Positions 17,784-26,528 of a stretch of DNA of 37,612 nucleotides are shown piece after piece (the first letter of the stretch is position 1; each line of letters opens with the position of its first letter). The position numbers and the translations under genes were made by a program. The DNA comes from Candidatus Woesearchaeota archaeon (lineage in GTDB: Archaea > Nanobdellota > Nanobdellia > Pacearchaeales > GW2011-AR1): NCBI GenBank assembly GCA_964519005.1, contig CAZFLO010000003.1:1-37612 (forward strand). Direction: 5' to 3'. The notes under the pieces are model-generated. The model saw only the letters and a program-made list of their open reading frames with translations, did not search any database and was not told the origin of the DNA.

Positions 17784-20064
17784 TATTCAAAAATTGCTCT
17801 TCGATTTTTTCGTAAGTCACAAGGGATTGCTTCGTCACACTAGGTTGAACTTTTTTCTTAGCTTTTTCAAAATGATTTTTATTCACAATATCTGCATCCA
17901 AATTTTCCCTTAACGCAATCATTCCTGCTTCTCTAGTCAAAGCTTCCAAATCAGCCCCGGTAAAACCATCAGTTTCTTTTGCTAATTGATTTAATTTGAC
18001 ATCTTTTGCCAAAGGCATTCCTTTCGTATGAATCTCTAAAATCATTTTTCTTCCAGCTTCTTCTGGAGCATTCACAAGTAAAATTTTATCAAATCTCCCG
18101 GGACGAAGTAAAGCAGTATCAAGCATATCAGGTCGGTTCGTCGCTGCAATAACTAAAACATCTTTCATTTCTTCAAGGCCATCCATCTCTGACAACATTT
18201 GATTTAATACTCTCTCAGTAACTTTATTTTGATCCATACCTCGTCTTCCAGCAATCGAATCTAATTCATCAAAGAAAATAATACAAGGAGAAACTTGTCT
18301 TGCTTTTTCAAAAATCTTTCTAACTCCCTCTTCACTTTTTCCAACCCACATAGATAACAAAGAAGGTCCCTTAATTTGAATAAAATTAGCTTCACTTTCT
18401 TTTGCAACCGCTTTCGCTAAAAGAGTTTTCCCGGTTCCAGGAGGACCATACAATAAAATTCCTCGACTAGGACGAATCCCAATTCTCTTAAAACTTTCAG
18501 GATATTTCATTGGCCATTCAACAGCTTCTTTCAAATTTTGTTTAATCTTATCAAGTCCACCAACGCTATCCCAATCCACATTAGGAGTTTCAACTAAAAC
18601 TTCACGCATTGCACTAGGCCTAACAATCTTTAATGAATCCACAAAATCATCTTGTTTAATAATTAATTTTTCCAAAACCTCTTGAGGAATATTTTCTTCA
18701 TCAAGTTTAATTTTCCCGAGATTCTTTCGCAAAACATTCATCGCTGCTTCCTTAGTTAAAGATTCCAAATCAGCTCCAACAAATCCGTGAGTCAAAGAAG
18801 AAATTTTATCTAAATCAACATTTTTGTGAAAAGGCATTCCTCTTGAATGAATTTTCAAAACTTGAAGTCTTCCAACTTTATCTGGAACACCAATTTCAAT
18901 TTCACGATCAAATCTCCCAGGTCTACGCAAAGCCGGATCCAAAGAATTAACTCTGTTAGTAGCACCAATAACAATAACTTTCCCTCGAGAATTCAAGCCA
19001 TCCATCATGGTCAGTAACTGGGACACAACTCTTCTTTCAACCTCTCCATGTGTCTCTTCCCTCTTAGGTGCAATTGCATCAATCTCATCAATAAAAATAA
19101 TCGAAGGAGCATTCTTCTCAGCTTCATCAAAAATATTTCTAATTTTCTTTTCACTTTCCCCATAAAATTTACTCATAATTTCAGGACCATTCAATAAAAT
19201 AAAATGCGCATCAGATTCTGTGGCAACTGCTTTAGCTAAAAGTGTTTTCCCCGTTCCTGGAGGTCCGTGTAACAAAACTCCTTTTGGAGGTGTAACCCCT
19301 AATCTCTGAAAAATTTCCGGGTGCTTCATTGGAATCTCAACCATTTCCCGAATCTTTTTTATTTCCTCGTTTAATCCACCAATATCTTCATAATTAATTG
19401 TTGGAATTTTTCCTTCAATTGCATCAACTGCTTTCGAATTCAAAACAACTTCTGTGTTTTCCGTTACAATAACTGGACAACTAGGATTTGTAGAAACAAC
19501 ACTGAATTTTATTTGTGCAACAGCTCCTCCAAGTTGTCCACCAAGTCCAGGAATGTTTCCCAAAATATCTCCCAAATTACCAAAAATATCATTCAAATCT
19601 CCCATCTCTTCACTCATCAATTCTTTTCTTTTTTGAACTCCTCCCAAAACCAAAACATCTCCTTTAATTATTATTCTTCCAAGTAAACCTTTTCTTAAAC
19701 TCGTTGGATCTCCTTGAACCATTACTCCTTTTTGAGCTGGCGCAATCATAATTTTTTTTGCTTCTTTAACTTCAGCTTTAGAAACCAAAACTTCATCCCC
19801 AATTCCAACTCCAGCATTCCTACGCAAAAGTCCATCGATTCTAATTATTCCATCTCCAATATCTGCAGGATAAGCTCTATCAGCAATAGCCACAGTTTGC
19901 TTATTCGCTTTAATCAAAATTGCATCTCCTCGCTTAATTCCTAACTCACTCATTAATTCTAAATCAAGTCGAGCAATTCCTTTATACACATCATCTTGAA
20001 GTGCCTCACTGACCTTAAGAATAATTTCTCCTTTCTCATTTACTTTATTTTCTTCACTTTTCAT
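17737..20064 (-). CDS. cdc48: Cdc48/VAT-type AAA+ ATPase (two AAA domains), paralog 2
   Basis: The track ORF starts at a TTG (20076). The ATG at 20064 is preceded by GGAG. Double-psi-barrel-like N-domain (GIARLD...GDAILI...IRIDG), two [15 protein letters not shown] boxes, pore loops SKFYGESE and SMWVGKSE. Ends ...GGSYFG. Confidence 0.92.
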   Translation of the reverse strand: MKSEENKVNEKGEIILKVSEALQDDVYKGIARLDLELMSELGIKRGDAILIKANKQTVAIADRAYPADIGDGIIRIDGLLRRNAGVGIGDEVLVSKAEVKEAKKIMIAPAQKGVMVQGDPTSLRKGLLGRIIIKGDVLVLGGVQKRKELMSEEMGDLNDIFGNLGDILGNIPGLGGQLGGAVAQIKFSVVSTNPSCPVIVTENTEVVLNSKAVDAIEGKIPTINYEDIGGLNEEIKKIREMVEIPMKHPEIFQRLGVTPPKGVLLHGPPGTGKTLLAKAVATESDAHFILLNGPEIMSKFYGESEKKIRNIFDEAEKNAPSIIFIDEIDAIAPKREETHGEVERRVVSQLLTMMDGLNSRGKVIVIGATNRVNSLDPALRRPGRFDREIEIGVPDKVGRLQVLKIHSRGMPFHKNVDLDKISSLTHGFVGADLESLTKEAAMNVLRKNLGKIKLDEENIPQEVLEKLIIKQDDFVDSLKIVRPSAMREVLVETPNVDWDSVGGLDKIKQNLKEAVEWPMKYPESFKRIGIRPSRGILLYGPPGTGKTLLAKAVAKESEANFIQIKGPSLLSMWVGKSEEGVRKIFEKARQVSPCIIFFDELDSIAGRRGMDQNKVTERVLNQMLSEMDGLEEMKDVLVIAATNRPDMLDTALLRPGRFDKILLVNAPEEAGRKMILEIHTKGMPLAKDVKLNQLAKETDGFTGADLEALTREAGMIALRENLDADIVNKNHFEKAKKKVQPSVTKQSLVTYEKIEEQFLNNVKTAISNKGGSYFG

Positions 20065-20404
20065 CTTCTTCTCCAAAATTTAAACTCAGTCTCCCAGCCT
20101 CTTCAAAACAAAGCCGAACCATATCATCCATTAATTTTTCCTTTTCATGCATAAACGAAACAATCTCTTTTGGAATCGACACAGCATAACTGTTACCAAC
20201 AATCCGCATTTTTACTTTAAATTCTTTTTGATTCAATTCCTTGAATCTATTATATTCTTCGACATCTTTCGGATGAACTATTTTGTCATGACCCAAAGGA
20301 CAAATCAAAGCTCTCATCTGAAAACCATTTTTATTGACAACCGCCTTCTGCAAAGGCTTGCTACAAGTCTTGCATAAAATCGTATGATCAAATATATCTG
20401 TCAT
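20054..20404 (-). CDS. Zinc-ribbon plus AbrB/SpoVT-like swapped-hairpin domain protein
   Basis: 116 aa. N-terminal CKTC...CPLGH. C-terminal [18 protein letters not shown] is typical of AbrB/MazE-type domains. Overlaps the cdc48 start. Confidence 0.5.
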   Translation of the reverse strand: MTDIFDHTILCKTCSKPLQKAVVNKNGFQMRALICPLGHDKIVHPKDVEEYNRFKELNQKEFKVKMRIVGNSYAVSIPKEIVSFMHEKEKLMDDMVRLCFEEAGRLSLNFGEEDEK

Positions 20405-20415
20405 GTGTATACACA
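20404..20415. promoter_or_regulatory. 12-bp perfect palindrome at the start of the AbrB-like/cdc48 operon
   Basis: tgtgtatacaca overlaps the ATG (20402-20404). A gtgtata repeat lies at 20418-20424, and the TATA-like tttataaatat (minus sense, 20422-20432) is about 24 nt upstream of the ATG. Confidence 0.55.
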
Positions 20416-20529
20416 GAGTGTATATTTATAAAGATTTCGGAAAATCCAAACCATAAAAATGAAAAGGTTCGTCAAATAATGGTTATGTGCAATTTTTGTG
20501 AACACCTAATTTATTTAGGGGAGAACCAA

Positions 20530-21135
20530 CTAACTTTGGTCTAAAAATTTCAGAATCTTAGAGACTATTTTTTCGATTGTTGCATGGTGTGTATAAACCA
20601 CTAAATCTGCAGATTCAATATATCCAGTCATTTGCTCTTTCAAATAGGTTCGAAACTCTTCAATATTCTTAATACCAGTAAATCTCTTGCCATCATTTTG
20701 TCTTGACCATAGAATATTTGCTGATTTAGTTATATCTTTTGAAGGCAATAAACAAATTGTAAAAGCATACTTTTCTACCAATTTCTTATTCCTATCTTTC
20801 AAATCTCCTTTTTTCAAATGAACTATAGTTGCACCCCCAAGACCAAGAATATATGTTCCTTTCTTTTTTTCCAAAATTTCTTTTAAGCAAGTGTGTAATA
20901 ATCTTAAGAAAAAATCATTTCCTTTTTCTTTAATAACTTCTTTGGTGGTTTTTACATCATACTTTTTGACAACAAAATCATCTAAATCATAAAAAGGTAT
21001 GCTGATTTTTTCTGCAATTTTTCCTCCAATAGTGGATTTGCCAATTCCTGGAGGTCCAGATATACAAATAGGTTCACCATGATAATTTTTTGAATTTTCA
21101 GGAACAAATAATTCTGGAATTTTTTTATTTATCAT
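20530..21135 (-). CDS. AroK/shikimate-kinase-like P-loop kinase
   Basis: 201 aa. ISGPPGIGKSTIGGKIAEKISIPFYDLDDFV and LGLGGATIV follow the AroK-family layout. Confidence 0.5.
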   Translation of the reverse strand: MINKKIPELFVPENSKNYHGEPICISGPPGIGKSTIGGKIAEKISIPFYDLDDFVVKKYDVKTTKEVIKEKGNDFFLRLLHTCLKEILEKKKGTYILGLGGATIVHLKKGDLKDRNKKLVEKYAFTICLLPSKDITKSANILWSRQNDGKRFTGIKNIEEFRTYLKEQMTGYIESADLVVYTHHATIEKIVSKILKFLDQS

Positions 21136-21240
21136 TAAATATCCTCTTTTAAGAGTATAATTATTTTACTTTTTATTAAAGTTCCTCCCCCTAATGTAGT
21201 TGTTAACTGGGGTTTCACCAACTTGGAAAAAAAATTAAAA

Positions 21241-21678
21241 TTACTCTTCAATCCTTTCCCTAGTCAATTCTTCCGGAACCCGATACTCTTCCCAACGAAC
21301 TCTCTTTCCCTCAATTGCATCTTTTAATTTTCTCTCAGAAGAAGACAATTTAGAATTCCCACTCTTCACTTCAACAAACACAACTTCATCAATTCTTTTT
21401 TCATCCATCCCCCGAAACACAATCAAATCAATTGGCTTTCCCAAAAATTTACATTCAGTTGGAAGATAATTAAAATCAGGCAAAAACGGAGCCAACTGTT
21501 CAGAAAAATTTCCCCCCAAAACCGCACGAGATTTTTGAATCGCTTCTTTTCTATGCAAAGGAATTTTCTCCTTCCAAAACTGATCTTTTCTAAATGCCCC
21601 AATCTTGTTCCCCAATTTATACGCAATAATTAATCCAATTAAAAACACGATCAAAAACAAAATTATTTGAAACTCCAT
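21241..21678 (-). CDS. Membrane-anchored Holliday-junction-resolvase-like PD-(D/E)xK nuclease
   Basis: 145 aa. N-terminal TM helix. DLIVFRG...VVFVEVKSG...SSSERKLKD fits the D...E-x-K nuclease core. Confidence 0.55.
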   Translation of the reverse strand: MEFQIILFLIVFLIGLIIAYKLGNKIGAFRKDQFWKEKIPLHRKEAIQKSRAVLGGNFSEQLAPFLPDFNYLPTECKFLGKPIDLIVFRGMDEKRIDEVVFVEVKSGNSKLSSSERKLKDAIEGKRVRWEEYRVPEELTRERIEE

Positions 21679-21720
21679 AACCTCTTTAAAAAAATCTGCT
21701 ATTTAATTTTTTTGTAAAAA

Positions 21721-22392
21721 CTATTCGGCCAATTCCTCTTTTGAACTAGCCATAAATCCCCACCAAGGTTTTCTAATTTTCAAAACCTCCCCAGTTTCAG
21801 CATCAACTTCCGCCTCGACATTCATCTCAGAATTAAAAACTCCCAAAAATTTCGCATGTCTTTTTGTTCTAATTTTATACGCCATTTTAGCTCGATCATT
21901 TTTTCCAATTTCTTTCAATTCAATCAAGCAATTTTCACAATCTCTCAATTTCAATCTAGCCAAAGCAACCTCGGAAGCTTGATCAGGCATTATCTTAATT
22001 TCAGAATTCATTCCATTAGATTTTTGCATAAAGAATTTTGTCCTTTCTCCATCTCGCTCTTCAGTCATATTGCAATCTTCACAATTAGCAACAAATTCTC
22101 CAGAACGAATTTCAATTCTATTCTGTTTTCTCTCAATCATAACTTTTTTACCTTGACCAAAATTATGTTCTCCCGAAGAAATTCTTTCCCCCCTTACTTC
22201 TTGATAAAGAATTGGCTTGGGCATCAAAGCAGGATCCATGTCATTAAAATTACCCTGATTTGCAACACCCAAATTTTCATCACCATTAGCAGCATTAACT
22301 CCAAAAACAGAAAAAGTTCCAATAATTAAAACAACCAGAACAAGAAATATAAAATTTTTTTTCATCATCTTTACTAAACAAAATAAAGACAT
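21721..22392 (-). CDS. Secreted protein with C-terminal PepSY-like domain
   Basis: Signal-peptide-like MKKNFIFLVLVVLIIGTFSVFGVNA (start probably at Met 9 or 10 of the ORF). C-terminal VEAEVDAETGEVLKI resembles PepSY. Confidence 0.5.
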   Translation of the reverse strand: MSLFCLVKMMKKNFIFLVLVVLIIGTFSVFGVNAANGDENLGVANQGNFNDMDPALMPKPILYQEVRGERISSGEHNFGQGKKVMIERKQNRIEIRSGEFVANCEDCNMTEERDGERTKFFMQKSNGMNSEIKIMPDQASEVALARLKLRDCENCLIELKEIGKNDRAKMAYKIRTKRHAKFLGVFNSEMNVEAEVDAETGEVLKIRKPWWGFMASSKEELAE

Positions 22393-22427
22393 TAAGATTT
22401 ATTAACTTAACTAAAAAATGGGAAAAA

Positions 22428-23108
22428 TTATTCTAAAATTTTCAAAATTTTTATTAAACCAGAAATGTCTTCAATTTCAAAATCCGCTCCGCTTTTCCCA
22501 AGAGGAACAGGGTTTCTATCTCCATAACGGGCATAACAAGTTTTAATTCCTAACTTCTTGGGAGTTTTTACATCTCTAGTTATTCTGTCCCCAATCATTA
22601 ACGCTTCATTCGGTTTTATGTCCAATTTATTCAAGACAACATTAAAAGGCGTAGCACTTGTTTTCTCCCTCTTCACATCGCCCTTCGTCACAACAAATTC
22701 AAAAAATCCATCCAACTTCATTGTAACAAGTCTCATCCAAGCATAAATCCGAGGAGCATCACTAACAACTGCCAAACGATATTTTTTATTTAACTTCAAC
22801 AAAGTCGGAATCACTTTAGAATAAGGTACTAAATAACTTTCTCTAAAATTACGATAAGTTGTAATTCCATGTGCCAAAATCCTATAATCAATTTTTCCTG
22901 ATTCTTTCTTCAACAATTTCTGAAAAATTTTATCATATTCGATCCCATATTCATCATATAATTTATACAAACTTTTCAATGCTTTTTTCTTGTCAACTTT
23001 CCAACCAGCACCAATCATAGCATCAATAGCCTCATTACAGCAACGAGTTTTCATTTTCATAAAATCCATCAAAGTATTATCAATATCAAACAAAATTGCT
23101 TTTATCAT
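22428..23108 (-). CDS. HAD-superfamily hydrolase
   Basis: 226 aa. Motif I ILFDIDNTL, motif II VVSDA, motif IV MIGDRITRDV. Confidence 0.78.
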   Translation of the reverse strand: MIKAILFDIDNTLMDFMKMKTRCCNEAIDAMIGAGWKVDKKKALKSLYKLYDEYGIEYDKIFQKLLKKESGKIDYRILAHGITTYRNFRESYLVPYSKVIPTLLKLNKKYRLAVVSDAPRIYAWMRLVTMKLDGFFEFVVTKGDVKREKTSATPFNVVLNKLDIKPNEALMIGDRITRDVKTPKKLGIKTCYARYGDRNPVPLGKSGADFEIEDISGLIKILKILE

Positions 23109-23320
23109 ATTACAACTAAAAAACCAATTTTTATAAAGCTAATCAAATATTCGGTCACTCGCTCAATGGAGGTAAAATTTCATTTCCAAACTTAAAACTT
23201 ATTTCTAAATAATTATTTTTATCTTAGCGAACGAAAATTAAATCTGCGTCCAGCGATTTAATCAAGTAAACTATTAATCCATCCCAAATAACTTAAAAAC
23301 TCCAATACCGTTTTAACAAA

Positions 23321-23947
23321 ATGAAAAAGAGTGATGTGAAAAAATTCTTAAAAAAATTTTGGTTCATTGTTTGGAAAGATGATTCTTTCAAAGGATGGAT
23401 TATCTCACTAGTATTTTTATTTGTTATAATAAAATTAATATTTTTCCCACTTCTTTCTCTAACAACAGGAACAGCGCTCCCCCTAGTAATTGTCGAATCT
23501 TGTTCAATGTATCACGAGGGAAATCTTTTTTCAAATTTTAATAATTGGTGGGAAACACACGACATGAAATATTTTCAATTAAAATTGACAGAAAAAGATT
23601 GGAAAGAATTTTCTTTCAAAAAAGGATTCAATAAAGGAGATATTTTATTCATCACCGGGTCCAAACCCGAAAAAATAGAACTAGGGGATGTAATAATCTT
23701 CAATGCTAATTACAGAAATCCAGTAATTCACAGAGTTATTTCAATTGAACAAGAAGGCGAGGAATATATCTTTTCCACAGTGGGGGACAACAACAACGGA
23801 CAAATAGAATTTGAAAAAAGAATTTCAGAAGACCAAGTAGTTGGAAAAGCAACAGCTAACATTGCCCCATACTTGGGATGGATAAAATTAATCTTCTTTG
23901 AAAAAATGCGATCCCCTTCCGAAAGAGGATTTTGTGAAGAAAATTGA
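23321..23947 (+). CDS. Signal peptidase I, archaeal/Sec11 type
   Basis: 208 aa. N-terminal TM, catalytic-Ser box VESCSMYHEG, then GDILF, VIHRV and VGDNN boxes. Confidence 0.75.
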   Translation: MKKSDVKKFLKKFWFIVWKDDSFKGWIISLVFLFVIIKLIFFPLLSLTTGTALPLVIVESCSMYHEGNLFSNFNNWWETHDMKYFQLKLTEKDWKEFSFKKGFNKGDILFITGSKPEKIELGDVIIFNANYRNPVIHRVISIEQEGEEYIFSTVGDNNNGQIEFEKRISEDQVVGKATANIAPYLGWIKLIFFEKMRSPSERGFCEEN

Positions 23948-24149
23948 TTCTGAACAGAATTAATTATCCTCAACTAACAAAACTAAATCTCCAATTCAAA
24001 AATTACTTCCAAATAATTTCTTCTTCTACAAAAAGCGGAGTCAAAAAAAATTTGCGTTTAGCAATTTGTTTTGAGCGAAGCGATTATCCCTTCTTTCACC
24101 AATAACACAAAGCACAAAATATATAAATCAAATACTCATTTAGAAACTC

Positions 24150-24458
24150 ATGGAATTTTGCCCAAAATGCGGTGCCGTATTAATGACTAAAGTAAAAAAT
24201 AGTTCTTGCCCCAGGTGTAAGTATGTAAAAAAAGGAGCAGTTGACTTGATATCAAAAGAAAAAATAGATGATAAAATTGAGATTCCCATATTAAAAAAAG
24301 CATTAGGTTCGACAGCCCCAGTAGTAAATGAAAAATGTCCTGAATGTGGACATGGAAAAGCATATTTCTGGACAATCCAAACAAGATCAAGTGATGAATC
24401 AGAAACAAAATTCTTCAAATGTGTTAAATGTGGGCACACTAGAAGAGATTACGATTAA
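24150..24458 (+). CDS. tfs: Transcription factor S / RNA polymerase subunit M
   Basis: 102 aa. N-terminal CPKCG...CPRC ribbon. C-terminal CPECG...QTRSSDES...CVKCG TFIIS-type ribbon with an acidic loop. Confidence 0.88.
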   Translation: MEFCPKCGAVLMTKVKNSSCPRCKYVKKGAVDLISKEKIDDKIEIPILKKALGSTAPVVNEKCPECGHGKAYFWTIQTRSSDESETKFFKCVKCGHTRRDYD

Positions 24459-24528
24459 TTCTTAACACAACTCCATTGACAAATTATGTCCAGAAAAAAG
24501 TATAATTAACACAACTCTTTGTTGAATT

Positions 24529-24870
24529 ATGGAAACAATAAGAATAAAATCTGTAGTTGCAAGCTACTTTTCAATAAACAAAGAAAAAACAAAAATAGAT
24601 TTCAAAACATTAAGTGAATTCAAAAAAGGCTTAGAAAATAAATTTAGAAAAAATAATACTCCAACATACATACAATATTATCGAGACAACTTAATTGATT
24701 TTGCACAAAGATATTCAGAATCTTTTGAAGTAGATTTTGATTCCAAAAAAATAAAATACCTTAATGATAAAAACAATGTTTATCTTGTAAATTCAATCCC
24801 TCACAGCTTAAAAGAATTATACTCAAAATTATTTTTAGAAATCAATTCTGAAATCAATTCCAAAGATTAA
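24529..24870 (+). CDS. Hypothetical protein
   Basis: 113-aa ORF with TATA-like aaaagtataattaac 26 nt upstream. No domain recognised. Confidence 0.45.
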   Translation: METIRIKSVVASYFSINKEKTKIDFKTLSEFKKGLENKFRKNNTPTYIQYYRDNLIDFAQRYSESFEVDFDSKKIKYLNDKNNVYLVNSIPHSLKELYSKLFLEINSEINSKD

Positions 24871-24906
24871 CAAACTTTTTAAAGAAAAAATATCTCTCTA
24901 ATTTAG

Positions 24907-24921
24907 TATGGCTTCGTAGCT
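24907..24921 (+). repeat. Duplicate of the tRNA-Lys 5' end (3 flanking nt plus positions 1-12)
   Basis: tatggcttcgtagct is identical to 24980-24994. A TATA-like tttttaaag lies about 28-30 nt upstream of this copy, not of the full tRNA. Confidence 0.85.
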
Positions 24922-24982
24922 TCCCAAGGGATGACCTCATTACATGAGGCCTCAGCCCAAAGAGGCTTCGCTCCATCAATAT

Positions 24983-25057
24983 GGCTTCGTAGCTCAGCCT
25001 GGTCAGAGCACATGACTCTTAATCATGGTGTCGTGGGTTCAAATCCCATCGGGGCCA
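24983..25057 (+). tRNA. tRNA-Lys (anticodon CTT)
   Basis: Hand-folded cloverleaf. Acceptor GGCTTCG/CGGGGCC (two G-U pairs), D arm GCTC/GAGC, anticodon arm CATGA-CTCTTAA-TCATG, T arm GTGGG-TTCAAAT-CCCAT, discriminator A. No encoded CCA. Confidence 0.9.
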
Positions 25058-25132
25058 TATTCTATTTAGATTTGAAGCCTTGGGTTTAGTACAAAGTGTA
25101 AACTTTAGTGCTACGGAGAACGAAGTGACCCA

Positions 25133-25156
25133 CAAATCCCATCGGGGCCATATTCT
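25133..25156 (+). repeat. Partial copy of the tRNA-Lys 3' end plus trailer (24 nt)
   Basis: caaatcccatcggggccatattct is identical to 25040-25063 (T-loop position 56 to discriminator, plus 6 nt of trailer). Confidence 0.9.
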
Positions 25157-25232
25157 TAAACCCAGGACACAGTGTCGTGTGAAAATTTTGACTTTGATTA
25201 ATGCCGAAGGCCAAAAGTCAAGATTTAAATAA

Positions 25233-25254
25233 GTTCAAATCCCATCGGGGCCAT
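25233..25254 (+). repeat. Partial copy of the tRNA-Lys 3' end (22 nt)
   Basis: gttcaaatcccatcggggccat is identical to 25037-25058. Upstream gtgtcgtg (25172-25179) matches the tRNA variable loop and T-stem (25028-35), separated by an insert of about 53 nt that contains a hairpin. Confidence 0.9.
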
Positions 25255-25334
25255 TTTTATTTTTCTAAAGAAAAATTTGTTTAAGAGATTTTCACCCCAG
25301 AGGGTTTCCTGGCATGACCTATATTTTTATGTAT

Positions 25335-25354
25335 GTTTCAAATCCCTTCGAGCC
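25335..25354 (+). repeat. Degenerate fourth copy of the tRNA 3' end
   Basis: gtttcaaatcccttcgagcc. Upstream catgacc recalls the anticodon stem, so this looks like a decayed tRNA fragment. Confidence 0.5.
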
Positions 25355-25380
25355 TTTCTTCTTATAAAATTTATAAAAAA

Positions 25381-25908
25381 TTACCTAAACATATTTTTAG
25401 ATTTAAAATCTATATTTCTTATTAAACTAATGAAAAGAAAAACAAGTAAAACAATTTCTGAAATAATTCCCCCATAAGAACCCACAAAAAAATCATAAAT
25501 TATCCAAAATAAAGTAGCAAACACTAAAGTAAATCGAATTGTGTTGGGCTTTATTTGCCACCTAGCAAAAGTCCCAATAGAGATAGCAAAAAAAGCAAAA
25601 ATACTATAAAATCCCTCCCAAGTAAATAATGTAAGAATAAAATAAAGCAAGAGAAAACTTACAAGTATTACATTATTATCTAAAAATTTCTTTTTTCCTT
25701 TAAACATAAATAAAATTGTGGAAAATATGTTAATTAATTGAACAGCAAATCCCGACCAAGCATGGAGAAGTAAAAAATGCAACATAAGAAACAAAAACCC
25801 AAATAACTGCAATAATAAAATCTTAATTCTTGTTTTAGCATAATAAGATAAAATAAAAAATAACAAGAATACTAATGCAAGAGCTTGAACAAAAAGATCA
25901 TAAAACAT
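25381..25908 (-). CDS. YgjV-family inner membrane protein
   Basis: 175 aa with about 5-6 TM segments. FWIIYDFFVGSYGGIISEIVLLVF matches the YgjV signature W.I.NF..GS.GG...E as I recall it. Confidence 0.55.
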   Translation of the reverse strand: MFYDLFVQALALVFLLFFILSYYAKTRIKILLLQLFGFLFLMLHFLLLHAWSGFAVQLINIFSTILFMFKGKKKFLDNNVILVSFLLLYFILTLFTWEGFYSIFAFFAISIGTFARWQIKPNTIRFTLVFATLFWIIYDFFVGSYGGIISEIVLLVFLFISLIRNIDFKSKNMFR

Positions 25909-26099
25909 TACCTGAAAAGAAAATAAAGGTTATTAAATTTTTCGTAAAAAAATCACATAAATTCTTTTAATAACTCAAACAAAATAAATATTGCCAGAAA
26001 AATAATATACCTTCCTCTAGAAAACTAACAATTTTATAATTGCCATATTAATCTCTTTCGAGTTCATTCAGAGCCGGGTAGCAATCACCTCTATCCGGT

Positions 26100-26366
26100 T
26101 TATTTGATTAAAGATTGTATTCCTTCAATCGCATCTGCAATTTGTCTACCTTTTGGAGTAAGTTTGATAAGTTTGATTCTTCCTTTCTTATCAAATTCTA
26201 CCAACTTCAGGTGTTCCAAAGTTTGCAGTATCTTTACCGCATGGCTATAAGTACAGTCTACTTCTTTAGCCAATATACTACCATATCTCATCCGCGTGTT
26301 CTTCTTCAAAGAAACCAACATTAAAGCCGGCTTTTTTCGAAAGAAGATGTCAAAGTTATCTTCCAT
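26100..26366 (-). CDS. Small winged-helix transcriptional regulator
   Basis: 88 aa. GSILAKEVDCTYSHAVKILQTLEHLKLVEF...KGRIKLIKLTPKG is a typical HTH plus wing. Confidence 0.6.
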   Translation of the reverse strand: MEDNFDIFFRKKPALMLVSLKKNTRMRYGSILAKEVDCTYSHAVKILQTLEHLKLVEFDKKGRIKLIKLTPKGRQIADAIEGIQSLIK

Positions 26367-26528
26367 TTGGATATATATAGTTTAATTGTATATATTCAGA
26401 CCTTCATTTGCTTATAAATATTTTGTGATAAATATGTCAGACAAAGAGTGACAAAATGTTTACCCCCAGGGCGACAGATATCATTCGGAGTACTAAAATT
26501 TATTAACTCTCCTTAAACTACTAATTGA

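Noticed and set aside
15551-19944. Plus-strand ORFs 15551-15805, 19454-19636 and 19714-19944, and the alternative-frame ORF 17402-17662.
   Set aside because: They are antisense to, or out of frame within, the Cdc48 and sHSP genes.
21856-22329. Plus-strand ORF of 157 aa.
   Set aside because: It is antisense to the secreted PepSY-like protein gene and has low-complexity Phe/Ser/Ile composition.
3226-23260. Recurrent gatttcat...agc / aaattaaatct motifs in spacers at about 3226, 12489-12533 and 23176-23250, considered as a possible MITE family.
   Set aside because: Only 8-12-nt cores are shared, with variable spacing and orientation, in very AT-rich DNA. That is too little to call a repeat family.
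24140-24439. Minus-strand ORFs overlapping tfs.
   Set aside because: They are antisense to the clearly recognisable TFS gene.
24922-24979. Possible second tRNA. The hairpin cctc-attacat-gagg (24935-24949) looks like an anticodon arm with anticodon TAC (Val), downstream of the duplicated tRNA 5' fragment.
   Set aside because: No T arm with the TTCRA consensus follows it, and there is no 3' acceptor strand complementary to GGCTTCG. It cannot fold into a cloverleaf in cis.
1569-25132. Sequence similarity between the 97-nt insert at 1569-1665 and the spacer at 25064-25132. They share acgga(c)gaac, agtgtaa and aaacttt in a different order, hinting at a common, circularly permuted element.
   Set aside because: The matches are short (7-12 nt), need indels and a permuted order, and could be chance. 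A proper alignment is worthwhile but this is not reportable as a feature.
25037-25356. CRISPR-like array, considered because of regularly spaced 22-24-nt repeats.
   Set aside because: The repeats are copies of the tRNA-Lys 3' end. There are only 3-4 units, the spacers of about 70-80 nt are too long, and no cas genes or leader are present.
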